Origin: Chrysomallon squamiferum
Taxonomy: Eukaryota; Animalia; Mollusca
Length of the DNA stretch: 64,000 nucleotides
Reading direction: 5' to 3'
Assembly: GCA_012295275.1 (NCBI GenBank)
Contig: CM022671.1
Span: 16,678,001-16,742,000 of the forward strand
Part shown: piece by piece, positions 1 through 13,545 of the stretch
Numbering within the stretch: the stretch's first letter is position 1
Layout: the number at the start of each line of letters is the position of its first letter
Notes under the pieces: model-generated
Databases searched by the model: none
The model's input: only the letters and a program-made list of their open reading frames with translations
What the model was told of the DNA's origin: nothing
Translations under genes and position numbers: made by a program

Positions 1-205
1 CACTGTAACAGAGTTTTTGATTATTATTGCACTGAAATGCTGTAACAAGAGTTCTAGATTTTTGTGTCACCTTTGCACTGAAATAAGATGAGCTTTAGCT
101 TTTCAGATCTTAGTTTTAACTTTCAAACAAGAAAAGAAAAAAGGTATTTAAGCGTGCTTACTGTAGACTTTTGAATACTATTTTGATTTGAGTTACAGAT
201 CTCAC

Positions 206-564
206 CTGCATGAACAAAACAGTCCTAACTCAGGGCAGACATCAATGGCCACTACTGGTCCATTGTGTTCTGGTCTGTGTTCCTTGTCAACTACACTGCT
301 GAACTGAGGTAGGACTGAAAAATATAACTGTGTGTGCTGATTTCAGAAAAACAAAAGAGAGTATTCAAAAGCTATTCTGCAGTTTGAAATATGTCTGTTC
401 CTAATAATTATGTGTATTTACATAAACCTTTGAAGTGTGTAACAGAAAAATATATTTTTTGAATTAGTTAATGAGAATTTAATAAAATAACCTGACATTT
501 TTAGAAATATTTCTTTATATTAGCCCAACCCTTATCAGATTGTACACATGTACACACACACAAT

Positions 565-603
<39 letters not shown>

Positions 604-3600
604 ACATAAATGCTTTTTTAAAATTATCACTATATATATAGTTTGATAGTGAAAAAAACACTGATTAAAAATAACCAAAAATATGGTTAAATATGTTTAA
701 TCTCGTTTTAAATTTATTTCTGTTGTTCAATCATTTCTAAAAATCAGGACATAGTACATCAAAATCCAAGTTTTTATTCAAGCTTGTAACAATTAGTATC
801 AAATTTAATGATTATACTTATGGCAAAAAAAAAAAAAAAAAAATTAATTGTACATTATTAGCAAAATATATTCCAGCTGTTTGCTTTAATAATTTACTTT
901 TAATGAAATATAATAAATGTAAACAAGTAATGTTGATTCACATGTATGTGTCATGCTAACTAACCTTTAGCTTTGTTCAGGCCAGAATCCTGAATTTCTA
1001 ACAAAGGGTGGAAGATGACATTACCACTGTCATGACCAGTCACAAACAGGCCACCCTGAAGAAAACAAAGAGAATTTACAACAGAAATATTAACCCTTGG
1101 TAATGACAAACAGAACAGCCTGAAGTAAAACTGAAAACAAAGAGAATTTAAACAGAAATATTAACCCTTGGTAATCACAAACAATAAACAATATTACACT
1201 ATACACTATGATGCATTACACCAATATGTACACTTTATGAAATAAGTAAAAATGCACTTATCCTTTTATTTTCTTAAGTCAACAGTGTAAAAAACTTAAT
1301 TAGTTAAATCTTCTGAAGCTCGACTTAAATCCAATTACACCAAAATATGTTAATTTAGCAATAATTGATATTACTTATTAGTCTTAAATGACCAGTGATG
1401 TCTGGTGTATATTTCATGTTGTAACTCAATATACAAGTATTAACTGATATTACTTACAAGTCTTGTATACCCAGTGATGTCAGGTGTATATTTCATGTTG
1501 TAACTCAATATACAAGTATTAACTGATATTACTTACAAGTCTTGCATACCCAGTGATGTCTGTGTATACTTACAAGTCTTGCATACCCAGTGATGTCTGT
1601 GTATTTCAGGTTGTAACTCAATATACAAGTACTAACTGATATTACTTACATGTCTTGCATACCCACTGATGTCTGGGGCACTGTGTATTTCATGCTGCAG
1701 CTCTAACTCGGGCAAGCTCCAGATCTCAATGAGAATCAGCTCTTTGAGTTTGCACATTGTTATCAGTGACTTGTGTACAACATCATGTTTTATTTCCAGT
1801 ATCTATTAAATGAAAAGATAAATGGTGTTTTTGCATTAATTGTAAGGAATGGAAATATCCTGCTTTGGTGTTGTGTCACTTATATCAAGTGTATTTTTAT
1901 ATATAACCAAGCAGACATACATACATTTATACATACATATGTACATATACACATATTTGTGTTCATTGCTTATGTCTGAATGGTGGTAGGTTTTTTGTTA
2001 GTGTATGTGTGTGTGCATGTTTGTGTATATATGTGTTTGTGAGTGTGTTTCTGTGTGTATATATATATGTTTCTGTTTGAGTATGTTCACAAAAACTACA
2101 CAATAAGAAAATAATTCAAAGTAACAAAACAAAATAAAAATTAAAAAACCTGACGATGATGCATACCAATTTTGAACCATAAATGATGTTGTCAGTAATT
2201 AATTCTGTGCAAATTTTTTTTATTATTTCCAATTTTGTTATTTAAATTATATCATTCATTGGTACTGAGGAAACAAATTATATTAAATGAATTAATAAAA
2301 GGGTTGAACTGGTTTCCAATATCTTGATTTTTTAATTTTAAATACTTAAATTTATGAATGTTTGTTAAGTTTTAGAATTTGAAATGTGTCTAAAATCAGG
2401 TACATTCTTGTTAATGTTTCAGTTTAAAACGCAACAAAACAATCATTAAGTAATATCACTGTAAATCATACAGGGTCCTTGGATGCCTTAAACTCCATAT
2501 ATTTCTTCCCTTTAACAACTGGGTCCAGAAACAAAATCCTGCCATCCTAAAATAAAAGATAAAAATAAATTTATAAATATGACTATTAGAAATAAACATT
2601 AAAAAAAAAAAAACCATCTTATAACTTTATATTTGGTTTATATAAGTTATAAACAAAATAAAATCAATTACTAAATACTCAAGATAAATGTAAATTTATG
2701 GACATCAGTTAAAAGAACAAATAATTATGAAGTCTGTTTTTATTAAATGAGATGCAAATAGTCTATACAGAATAATATGCTAACAAACTGCTGAAATAGT
2801 CCCATATGTATTTTACTCCTTTTCTTTTGCAATCAGCAAAAAAATACTTGTAAGTATTTACGCCATAATGTGGTCATTTTTATTCAATGTTATATGAATA
2901 TTTACATAGACTGTTTAGTCATTTCTCTACACATAGTACATTAAGCTAGGGCACAGAAAGTTTAAACTAAAGATTATATGGGTAATTAAATTATGATTAA
3001 AAATAATAAGGCATGGAGAAATTACTTTTACTCTTAATTTTTTAATCAACTTTTGATAAAACCTGCAATAAATAATAAATAAATTTTAAAGAATCCACCT
3101 ACTTCCAGTCCCAGCAGAAGAAACGAATGTCTGATTGGACAGGCAAAGCCTTCGTCTGTCCACATCATAGCTGTAGAGTTGAGGATGCACAGACAACAGC
3201 ACTGAGCGATCACCTCATTCCCGCTGCAGTTCTCGAATGCTCGGTGCACTGCTGGTCCACTCTGGTTCAGATTTGAAACACTCGGCCTGCTCAGTGTGGG
3301 GGAGATCAAAGATTTCTTTTTTGTATTTCAAACATTATTTGAGCATATCAAAATGTGAATTTTAAAATTATATATATATAAAATAAATTTTGAGCATTTC
3401 AGTTTCCAATGTAACTTGAACAAGAATAAAATATTCATGTAAACAAAAAGGAGAAAAAAAGAAAAAAATAGAAAGTGTTAATGTCTTTCTTTCGTTGTTA
3501 ATGGGGTTTGAAAATAATCCATTTTCATATTATCATTATTATTATTATTTCAATTATTTGACATCAGTTAGTATACATATAAAACTTTATATTCTAGTAT

Positions 3601-4389
3601 TTTTCAAGTTCTATTTGATGATGTTTTAACATTTATTTTCTGCAACACACACACTCACACACACACACACACAAATACCCACATAAACACACATGTACTA
3701 AAAATCCAATCTTTTAATTACTTTTGAAATTACACAGTCAATATTTATACACTCACAGAAAACAACAAGCTTCAAGACCAGACTGAAGTAGGTGTAAACC
3801 ATTAGAGATTTAAAAAACACGACATTTAACAAAACTCAAAGACAGACAGACAGACAGACACACCTTGCTGCAGTGTTATCACTTCTAGACTGGCGGAGTA
3901 TCTGCATCATCTGAATCTCACGCACGTCCCAAATAGCTATCCTACACGCAGGATCTGTCCTACAAACAAATACACACACGTTTAGAAATTTATTTTATTA
4001 AAATAGCTGTAATTTTACTGAAGTTTTATTACCAAATATGAGATAGGCTCATAAAAAACTAAAATTTCACATGTCCCAAATAGCTATCTTATATATATAT
4101 ATATTAGCAGAAATGGAACTACCCAATAAAAATAAATCTGGAGTATTTTACATTGATCGTAACAGACAAATGATGGTAACAAATGGTGTATGGTGTTGAT
4201 TTTTTATTTGGGGGAAGGAGCCTGTGTCACCCACTGGAAATTCTTTTAAGTTGAAGTGCTTAAATGTTCAATAGAAAATACAAATTGGTATTCATATAAT
4301 GATCAATAAAATAGAAGAATCAATAAATAAAACTAATAATAATAATTTAAAAAGTAAAAATAAAAAAATAAAATAAAAAAAATTAATTA

Positions 4390-4423
<34 letters not shown>

Positions 4424-7400
4424 CTAACAAATAGTTGTAGTAGCAAGTAAGTAAAAAATAATAATAACAATAACAATACTAATAATTAATAAATAAATAA
4501 ATAAATAAATAAATAATAAAATCTGGAATTCAAGATACATCTAGATAAATTTTATTCCTGTATTAAACATAAGACGTCTGCTATACTAATATTGTAAAAA
4601 TGTACACGCAGATATTAATCACCGTGTTGTGTAAATCCAGATCTGTGTTGCACTGACAAGCAGAAAGACGATGTTGAATTCTCGGTTGTAGCAAACACTC
4701 AGGATCTTCTCAAGTGGTGAGATATTTGGTGGTGGAAGAACAGTAGACATGTTCTTGTGACTTTTTCGAGCAAACAGACGAACACTGAAATTCAGTACAG
4801 AGAATCAGTAATATTTTTTAAAAGTAGGTCTCTGTTTTAAATATTATAAATTTTTAAAGGAAAATCTAATAATGTTTTTTGTATTAATCAAATATAATAC
4901 TGTTTTAAATACTACTACTATTGCTACTAATAATAATTATAATAATATTGTTTTAAATATCAGTAAAAAAACAGTAATATGTTCTAATTATTAAAATCAC
5001 TCCAGCCTTGATTTAAATATTAATAACAATGTTTTAGATGCTAACTACATTATAATTAAATGCATTAAGCAAATGCTGTCCATTATTCCACTGGATAATT
5101 ATATTCTAGTTGATACAGTAATATTCCAAATGATTGTTATTTACAATGAGAAGATTATTATTCTCTTATAATATTCCAGATCTAACTTCTGATTACTACA
5201 GTATTATTCCAGTTATTATTATATACAGTAAAACCACTATATCTTATTATTATTATTATTATTATTTGTAAGATCAAATTCATATTTTAATTTAACACAA
5301 ATTAAATCTTAAAAGCACACAACATAAAAGTATTATAATGAAGATATATATATATATATATATAGAAACACACACATACATGTACAGACACAGACAAATA
5401 GCTAGATAGATAGATGCAGGTGTGTGATGTACGTACGTATATATGTATGTACGTATGTATGTATGTATGTATGTATATATGCATGTACGTATGTATGTAT
5501 GTATGTATGTATGTGTATATATGTATGTATGTATGTATATATATATATATATGTACGTATGTATGTATGTATATATGTATGCATGTATGTTAAATATATG
5601 TACGTATGTATGTATGTATGTATGTATGTATGTATGTATGTATGTATGTATGTATGTATGTATGTATGTATGTACGTATGTATGTATGTATGTATGTATT
5701 ATGTATGTATGTATGTATGTATGTATGTATGTATTATGTATGTATGTATGTATGTGTACAGTACCTGCTGTCACTGCTGGTAGCCACCACTCTTGCTGGT
5801 TTTGTTTCACAGCCAACCAGGCAGAGCTGAGTCACCTGGTTGTGTGCCATGCTCCAGAAGTGGAGGAAGTAGTTGAGAGAGTACTGGGAGATGGTGCGAG
5901 CTGTTCCTACATACAGCAGCTGGTCGTCAGTGAGACCCATCCACAGCACACCATCCACAGAGACCACCAGGCTGAAATGTCAATATTTAACTATGTCAGC
6001 TGAAATATCAGTATTTAACTATGTCAGCTGAAATGTCAATATTTAACTATGTCAGCTGAAATGTCAATATTTAACTATGTCAGCTGAAATGTCATTATTT
6101 AGCTATGTCGGCTGAAATATCAAAGTTTAGCTATGTCAGCTGAAATATCAGTATTTAGCTATGTCAGTTGAAATATCAAAATTTAACTATGTCAGCTGAA
6201 ATATCAATATTTAGCTATGTCAGCTGAAATACCAATATTTAACTATGTCAGCTGAAATACCAATATTTAACAAAATCTGTTGAAATATTAACATTTAATT
6301 ATGTCAGCTGAAATATCAATATGTAACTGTTAACTGATATTTCAATATTTAGTTATATCATCAACTGAAATATCAACATTTAACTAAATCAGCTGAAATA
6401 TCAATATACAGCTATGTCAGCTGATATATCAATATTTAATTAAATCATCAACAGAAATATTAACATTTAACAAAATCAACTGAAATATTAACATTTAACA
6501 AAATCAACTAAAATATAAATATTTAACTAAATCAGCTGAAATATAAATATTTAACTAAATCTGCTGAAATACCAACATTTAACTAAATCAGCTGAAATAA
6601 CAATATTTAACTAAATCAGCTGAACTATCAATATTTAACAAGTCATCACTTATGAGCTGAAATGTCACTATTTAGCTATGTTGTCTTAAATATCAATGTT
6701 TACCTAAATGCAGAAATATCAGTATCTCACTAAATCAGCTGAAATATCAATATTTAACTATGTTGGCTGAATTATTAATATTTAACAACATTACATACAG
6801 TAGCATTATTTAACTATGCTAGTTTTAACAACATCAGATGCAATATCAGTATTTAGCTATGTCAGCTGGAATATCAACATTTAATTACATCTTCAGCCAT
6901 TTCAATGTTAACATTAAGATTACAGGTTCTGTTACATAAGCTGCAGCAGAGACATTACTTTTAACTAAATTCGTCAACTGAATCATCTACATTAGAGACT
7001 TCACTTACATGAACACCAACAGTAACTACAACAGCAGTATTTATATAAAATAGCTATATTAATTACAACATCAGTTTAAATCTGAACATTACTCATTTCA
7101 ATCAGTCAACCACAGCAGCAGCTTTAACAGACATTGGATGAAGAAAAAAATAATATTCATTGATTGAAGAAAAAAAAAAAAGAAAGTTGAAAAAAAAATA
7201 TATATATATTTACAAATAAATCAATCTAATAATGATAATACTAATAACTATAAAACAACAACAATAATAATAATAATAATAATTTCTTTCCTCTTTTTAG
7301 GAAGTTTTCAACAAATGTGTAGACTGAGGGTATAAAACAAGAGTGTTTGGAGATAAAACGCACCTGTAAAGAAGATCCATGAACTCCAGAGACCACATAC

Positions 7401-7964
7401 GCACTGTGCCATCGAGTGACGATGTGATGACGACAGCTGAGTTCTCTGGGTGCACAATGAGAGAGGTGACCGCACGGGAGTGGCCGCGGAATGTGTGAAC
7501 CAGTCCCCCAGACAGACTCCACACCTTCACTGAAAAATTATATATATATAGTTTTATTATTATTACATACATACCCGTATACTAACATATATATATATAT
7601 ATATAGATATATAGATATATAGATACATACATATATACATACATACATATATGTTTGTGTGTGTGTGTGTGTGTCTACATACACATATATCATTGCATAA
7701 ATTTCGTTCTTGTATAAACGAATACATACATGCATATACACATATACACACAATATATATATTTATGTATATGTATGTGGGTGTGTGTATATATATATAT
7801 ATGTATGTATGTATGTGTGTATATATATATATATACGTGTGTCTATATGTATATATGTATGTATGTATGTATATGTGAAGTATAGTGACACACCTCATAT
7901 ATATATACACACATAAATTCATACGTACACACATCCACACACATGTACACATACACACACACAT

Positions 7965-8016
<52 letters not shown>

Positions 8017-9317
8017 CAAGTATCAAATATAAGACAAACCTTCTGAATCTATGGATGCTGTTACAAGTACTTTAGCTGCAAGTGAATAGCAACATCCTGT
8101 GATTGACATTGTATGTGCTCTAAAAACACAAATCAATCAATAAATATAAACACATACACACAGATAGACACACTGATAGATAAGCAGAAAGACAACAAAT
8201 AAAAAAGAAAAAAGAAAAGAAAACCCCATAGAAAGGTAAACAGAGATAGATAAGTTGATAGATGTATAGACAGACACAAAGAAAGACAGGTGAACTGACA
8301 GACAGACAGACAGATAGGGAGACGTACATATATGCATATATAGAGACATAGACAATAAATGAAAAACCCATTACATACATATATAGAGTGATTAAAATTA
8401 TATATATAAATAGATTTAGTACTTTATTATTATTACATTCAAACATACCCATATATTTACATATATACATACATAGATGCATATGTACATTCATCTATAA
8501 AAGGATGAAACTGATTCATGCATCCATGAATACACATGCACAATACACAATATATATATATATATATGTAAATATATGGATATGTTTGAATGTAATATAA
8601 TAAAATATATATATATGTAATTATATAAAACAATAATCCTGACTCAGCAATACACCATAATGAAAGCACAGTTAAATAACACACAAACACATACACAATA
8701 ATAAATAAATACATATATATATATATATATATATACAAGCACTACTGACTCAGATATTCTGCTGTGGGAGATGTCTGTTGTAAAATGTGCCTACCTCTCG
8801 TATGTTAAAAGCAGCTTGCCCTGCATGTCGTAGACAAAGAGGTCAGTGTCAGAACAGCAGTACAGATGTTCTAGGTGGGTGTTCAGGTCCACCCGCTTCA
8901 CCCACTTCCCTCCCACGTTGGGCAGTTCATACCTGAATGAAAACAGAATTCGTGATACAAGCATTTTCTAAAACCAATACCTTGGTGAACAGGACAAATG
9001 ATTTAAACCAAAAAAAAAACCAAATACATTCTTGGAGTGTTTTTGTATAAAATGGGTAATTTTATAAAATTCTGATTTAAAAATGTATGTAATTCTTGTT
9101 GCTGCTATAAAAAAGTAATATAAGGTATGAAATAATTACTTTTGAAATGTCTTTAAATTGTAGCTTTTTTGAAAATTTCTAGATAATTTATTTATAAAAT
9201 TGAAAATTTGCATTTCAAAACTTTTCTTTAATTTAAATAACAAAATAAATAAATGAATAATAAAAAAAATATAATAAAATAAATAAGTAAATAAATAAAT
9301 AAATTAATTAATTAATA

Positions 9318-9349
<32 letters not shown>

Positions 9350-10668
9350 CATGAGAGAAAATGGTGATAATCTTACTTGAGTGTTAATCTGAAATTTGCC
9401 AGTGGTTTTATTTCCATGAACAGTTTTGTTGTAACTTGATGAAAAAGCCACACCTATATAAATACACATCAGTTACTTAGCCATAATAAATAAAACGGCT
9501 TATGCAGATTATTATAAAAACAATTTCTTAATTATTGTAAGTAAAACATTTTATGTAAATCAGCATATCTGACTGACTGATGCAATCAAAGTACAGAACC
9601 ATCTGAACATTTTGTTTTTATAAATATTAATAAAATTTTAAAATTTTTTGCTTCACTTTAAATATTTATATCAGCATATTATGAGCTTATACTTCAACAG
9701 TGTTTTGTCCAACAAGTTCAGTTTTGAGACTGCCATGGACACAATGCTTACAAAGTCATGATCAGTGATGTAAATCACAATGATTAATCAAGGACAACAG
9801 AAACATGATTTTGCAGATCATATGAAAAACATATAATTCTGATTTTATCAGGCATCAAAAAACAGAAACATTGTCACTGTGTTCCCTCGCGTTACTGACA
9901 TATTTTTACAAATAAGAAAATATAACAGAAATATTTAGAATATAAAACAGTGCTATATAAATTTAGAACAGATATGAATTGAACAAGATAACTAATATAT
10001 TGGTTCAGGTAACAATATTAAAAAAAGCTACCATTTAACTTCTACATAAATATTTAATAAGGTAAACATACTGTCTGTATTAAGAGAGGTAACAAACATA
10101 CACAAGTTATTTGTATATGCTAAATTCATTTAAATATTGTAAATATAAAAATGCTATCTTTATGTAATTAATGTAATAATATTAAAGTAAAAGGTGTGAT
10201 TACTGTATTTATGTTAAATACGGTTAACAGCTATACAAAAGGTATTTATATTAATTAAGATTAACAGATATACAAAAGATATTTATATTATATAAGATTA
10301 ACAGATATACAAAAGGTATTTATATTAAATAAAGATTAATATATATAACAAAAGGTATTTATATTAAATAAAGTTAAAAGCTATACAAACAGTATTTATG
10401 CACAAGGAACTGACAAAATGAGCTAACAACATATGAAGATTGTATTAAGTCAGGTAACAGTTACCTTTGTTCCACCAACACCTCCAGTAATGAGCTCATC
10501 TCGTAGAGGGTTGAACACGAGAAAGAGGACAGAACTCATGTCTGCACTGACAGAACAAGTCTCCACAAAGTCATGATTCATAACCTGTAATGTTCATCAT
10601 ACGTTTGAAATAATAACAAGAAGAATAGTAATAATATAATGATGATGATGCTGATACTGATGCTGATC

Positions 10669-10725
<57 letters not shown>

Positions 10726-13072
10726 TGATGATGATGATGATGATAATAATGTTTTGATGATTCTGATGCTGATGTTGATCATAATAATAATAATAATAAT
10801 CATAATAATAATATGATGATGATAATAATAATGTGTTGATGATGCTGATGCTGATGTTGATCATAATAATAATAATAATATGATAATAATAATAATAATA
10901 ATGTGTTGATGATGATGATGACGACAGTGATGATAATAATAATAATAGTAACAACAGCAACATAATTAAAGTCAACAAAAGAAAAGGCAAAAGAAAACTC
11001 TTCACCACACATACTGTAGTACCACAAATATGGTCATGTACAAAATGAAATTATGTGATATTCATTTCCATTATATTTTAACCTAATATAATAACAAGTT
11101 TGTTCTGAACAAACCTTAATCTTACCGAAATGAACTATGAAATAATTAATATTAAGTAATAACAACATAAGACTATAACTTGTTTTTAATAATAACTGTT
11201 TTTTTAAGTACATTATATTACTATCTTCAAAGATTTACTATCTTCAAAGAACAATGAAATAATCATTTGTGTGTCAGTGTGTCTGTCTGTCCAGATATTT
11301 GTCTTTCTGTCTGTTCAAACATCTGTCCATTGATCTGTTTCTGTCTGTTTAGCCATCTATTTATGTGTCCATTTGTCTGTCACTCTGGCTTTTTATTCAT
11401 CTATCTGTCTGTCCATCTATCTTTCTGTTTATCAATATATTATCTATCTGTCTGTCACTCTATGTCCCTCTGGCCATCCATCCATACAAACATCCATCCA
11501 GCCAACTACTGTACATACCTTCAATGAGAAATCTTTGCTCAGTGCAAAATAACAGTTGTACTTCTTTGCATACACCAAATATGTGATCAGTTTGTACTCG
11601 TATTTTGGATATGATAATGTCCTGATTACTGAAAAGTAAAAATAAATATAAATAAATAAAAGTTGTCTGCCTCTCTCTCTGTGTCTCTCAAAATAAAATC
11701 TGTTTTTTTACAGTGGTTTTATATATGTGGAAACCAAGAATTGGACACAGATTATAACTCACTGTATTTCAGTTATATCAGTGTTCCATCTACTGTCCAA
11801 AAGTGAATAAAATACAATTAAATAAAATAAATAAAGATGGAGTTTTTAATAAACAGTACAGATTTAAAATGACCATCTGCTTTTTCTGAAGCTCAAAAGT
11901 GAAGAAAAAATTAATAAATATATAGTTTTTAAAATAATAATTAAAAAATAATGGAAGAAAATATTAATTAAAAATTTAAAATGGAGAGACCTTCATTGCC
12001 AACCATCTGTCTCTTCCATGTGACCACTCCCTTAGAGTCAAGAATGACAAACTGACGCATTCGTCCATTGTATGTGACTGAAAAGGATAAAATGTTCAGA
12101 TATTTTAATATCACATGCACCAGTTCATTATGCATATTACTATACATTACATTATCACTGATATACTAAATATCAGAATTTTTATATGATAGAGCTGTGA
12201 TATTTTATTTAAATTATTTAAAGTGTATTTTGTTTTCAGTTCTTACTCATCATTTACAAAAAACATTTGCAGTATTTTCTAATAACAGCCTATATGAATG
12301 CAGCAACTAAATGTATTTATATTGGAACCTATGAAAAACATTTGCAAAATGTTCTGATAGCTTTTTACAGATTCCTATATGAATCCCAAATCTCTACATC
12401 TTTATTAACTGTACTATTAAGCTGTGTTAGGATCATTATAAATAATTGATTAAGGTTGTATACTGAATGCTTTGAATACAACAACATGACCATTTTTTTT
12501 TCAACTTCCAAATAATCAGTAAATTCAGCACTCATTATTTTTGGCTGCCCTGTGGACTATAGCAGTACCATTGTCAGTCACATGTTTAAAATATCCAAAA
12601 AGATTATGTTAAAATATGCATGAAAAACAATCTCAAAAATAACTTTTCAAATGTTCTATGCTGTGTTCCAAGCACTAAGTATTTTCTGTTATTAATTAAA
12701 TCACTGATATATGTCTCTAACACCATCATCTTTGAATTTATGTGCAACTGCACATATATATGAAAATGTGAATGTGTGTTTATGTATTTATACAACTGAA
12801 TGTTGTGTACTATATACACTTGAAAGTCTTTTTGTGTCTGGTATTTGTTTTGTGTGTGTGTGACCATCATACAAACCTCCCATCATGTCAGATTCTGATT
12901 TGGCATGTTCGTAAGTGGCTTTCAGTTGTATATCATAAGGAATACTTGTGTAATGCTCTGAAATCTTTCCTTGTTCTTCACAAGACACTGATCTGGTAAG
13001 ACAGGGAGACAAATCACCATTTTCTGGCTGATCACACACACTGTGTGTCTCACTGTCATCATGATTCTCCAT
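206..13072 (-). CDS. WD40-repeat protein, WDR87/WDR97-like (5' part; gene continues beyond the left window edge)
   Basis: 16 phase-consistent GT-AG exons on minus: 12877-13072, 11991-12077, 11519-11628, 10465-10584, 9377-9453, 8795-8932, 8040-8119, 7364-7529, 5765-5971, 4623-4784, 3864-3959, 3103-3286, 2472-2546, 1650-1802, 965-1055, 206-314. Clear WD40 blades include AHTMSITGCCYSLAAKVLVTASIDSEVKVWS, GHSRAVTSLIVHPENSAVVITSSLDGTVRMWS and HNGPVVAIDVCPELGLFCSC. Segment order (LVFNPLRDELITGGVGGTKVW; RVVATSSDSSVRLF; IWIYTTRTDPAC) matches my recollection of the WDR87/WDR97 N-terminal region. An in-frame TAG lies 9 codons upstream of ATG 13072. Subfamily call is from memory, not a search. Confidence 0.85.
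1365..1700. repeat. 79-bp tandem repeat copying the 3' end and donor of WD40 exon 1650-1802
   Basis: GATATTACTTA recurs at 1367, 1446, 1525 and 1638; the unit contains the exon tail plus GTAAGT on the minus strand. Confidence 0.9.
5425..5755. repeat. (TATG)n microsatellite
   Basis: Visible tetranucleotide run; source of the spurious MYVC/HTYI ORFs. Confidence 0.95.
5971..6890. repeat. 28-bp minisatellite (GCTGAAATATCAATATTTAACTATGTCA)n, about 30 copies
   Basis: Directly visible tandem array starting exactly at the acceptor of WD40 exon 5765-5971. Confidence 0.95.
10225..10400. repeat. Minisatellite of about 36 bp (TTAACAGATATACAAAAGGTATTTATATTAAATAAGA-like), about 5 copies
   Basis: Visible tandem repetition in a WD40 intron. 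Confidence 0.8.
10630..10950. repeat. Compound (AAT)n/(GAT)n microsatellite with higher-order repetition
   Basis: TGATGCTGATGTTGATCATAATAAT blocks recur about 3 times. Confidence 0.85.
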
Positions 13073-13545
13073 CTCACTAGTTACAGGAACATTGGACTAT
13101 ATCAGTGGTTACTGGAACAACACTGGAACATCTCTCTATCTTGTTAGTTACTGGAACACACATTGAAACATTTCTATATCTCCATTTAGTTATTGGAACA
13201 ATCCTGATGTGTCTCACTATCTCACAGGTTACTGGAACAACTCTTTATCTCACATGGATACTGGAACAATCCTATTTCACTGTTTACAGGAACATCTCTT
13301 TATCTCACTGGTTACTGGAACAACTCTTTATCTCACATGGATACTGGAACAACTCTATATCTCACTGGTTACAAGAACAACTCTACATCTTACTGGTTAC
13401 TGGAACAACTCTGTATCTCACTGGTTACTAGAACATCTCACTATCTCATTGGATACTGGAACATCTCTTTATCTCACTGGTTACTGGAACAATAATGCAA
13501 ACAAATCACTATTTCATTGGTTAGTGGAACAGCACTAGAACATTA
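13073..13545. repeat. Minisatellite of about 28 bp (ATCTCACTGGTTACTGGAACAACTCTTT-like) immediately 5' of the WD40 start codon
   Basis: About 15 visible copies; explains the repetitive ORFs 13105-13431 and 13209-13538. Confidence 0.9.

Noticed and set aside
1-85. Possible further WD40 exon (acceptor-like TTTCAG near 78-83, minus)
   Set aside because: The translation lacks the expected D-x-x-x-x-x-W continuation and TGCACTGAAAT is locally repeated; cannot be resolved at the window edge.
2482-2495. ATGCCTTAAACT, resembling the U12 snRNA 5' end
   Set aside because: Only a 12-nt match, antisense inside a coding exon; the rest of U12 is absent.
5292-5830. Overlapping ORFs rich in MYVC/HTYI
   Set aside because: Translations of the (TATG)n microsatellite; only 5765-5971 (minus) is a real exon.
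5971-6890. Regular 28-bp array superficially like CRISPR
   Set aside because: No unique spacers, eukaryotic intron context and no cas genes; it is a minisatellite.
7538-8738. Several 70-150 aa ORFs rich in Y/I/C/V
   Set aside because: (TA)n/(CA)n low-complexity intron sequence.
10597-11027. Poly-I/L/Y/S ORFs resembling membrane proteins
   Set aside because: Artefacts of (AAT)n/(GAT)n repeats.
13105-13538. Plus-strand repetitive ORFs (VTGTTL / TGYWNN)
   Set aside because: They arise from a non-triplet minisatellite antisense to the WD40 gene; no coding signature.
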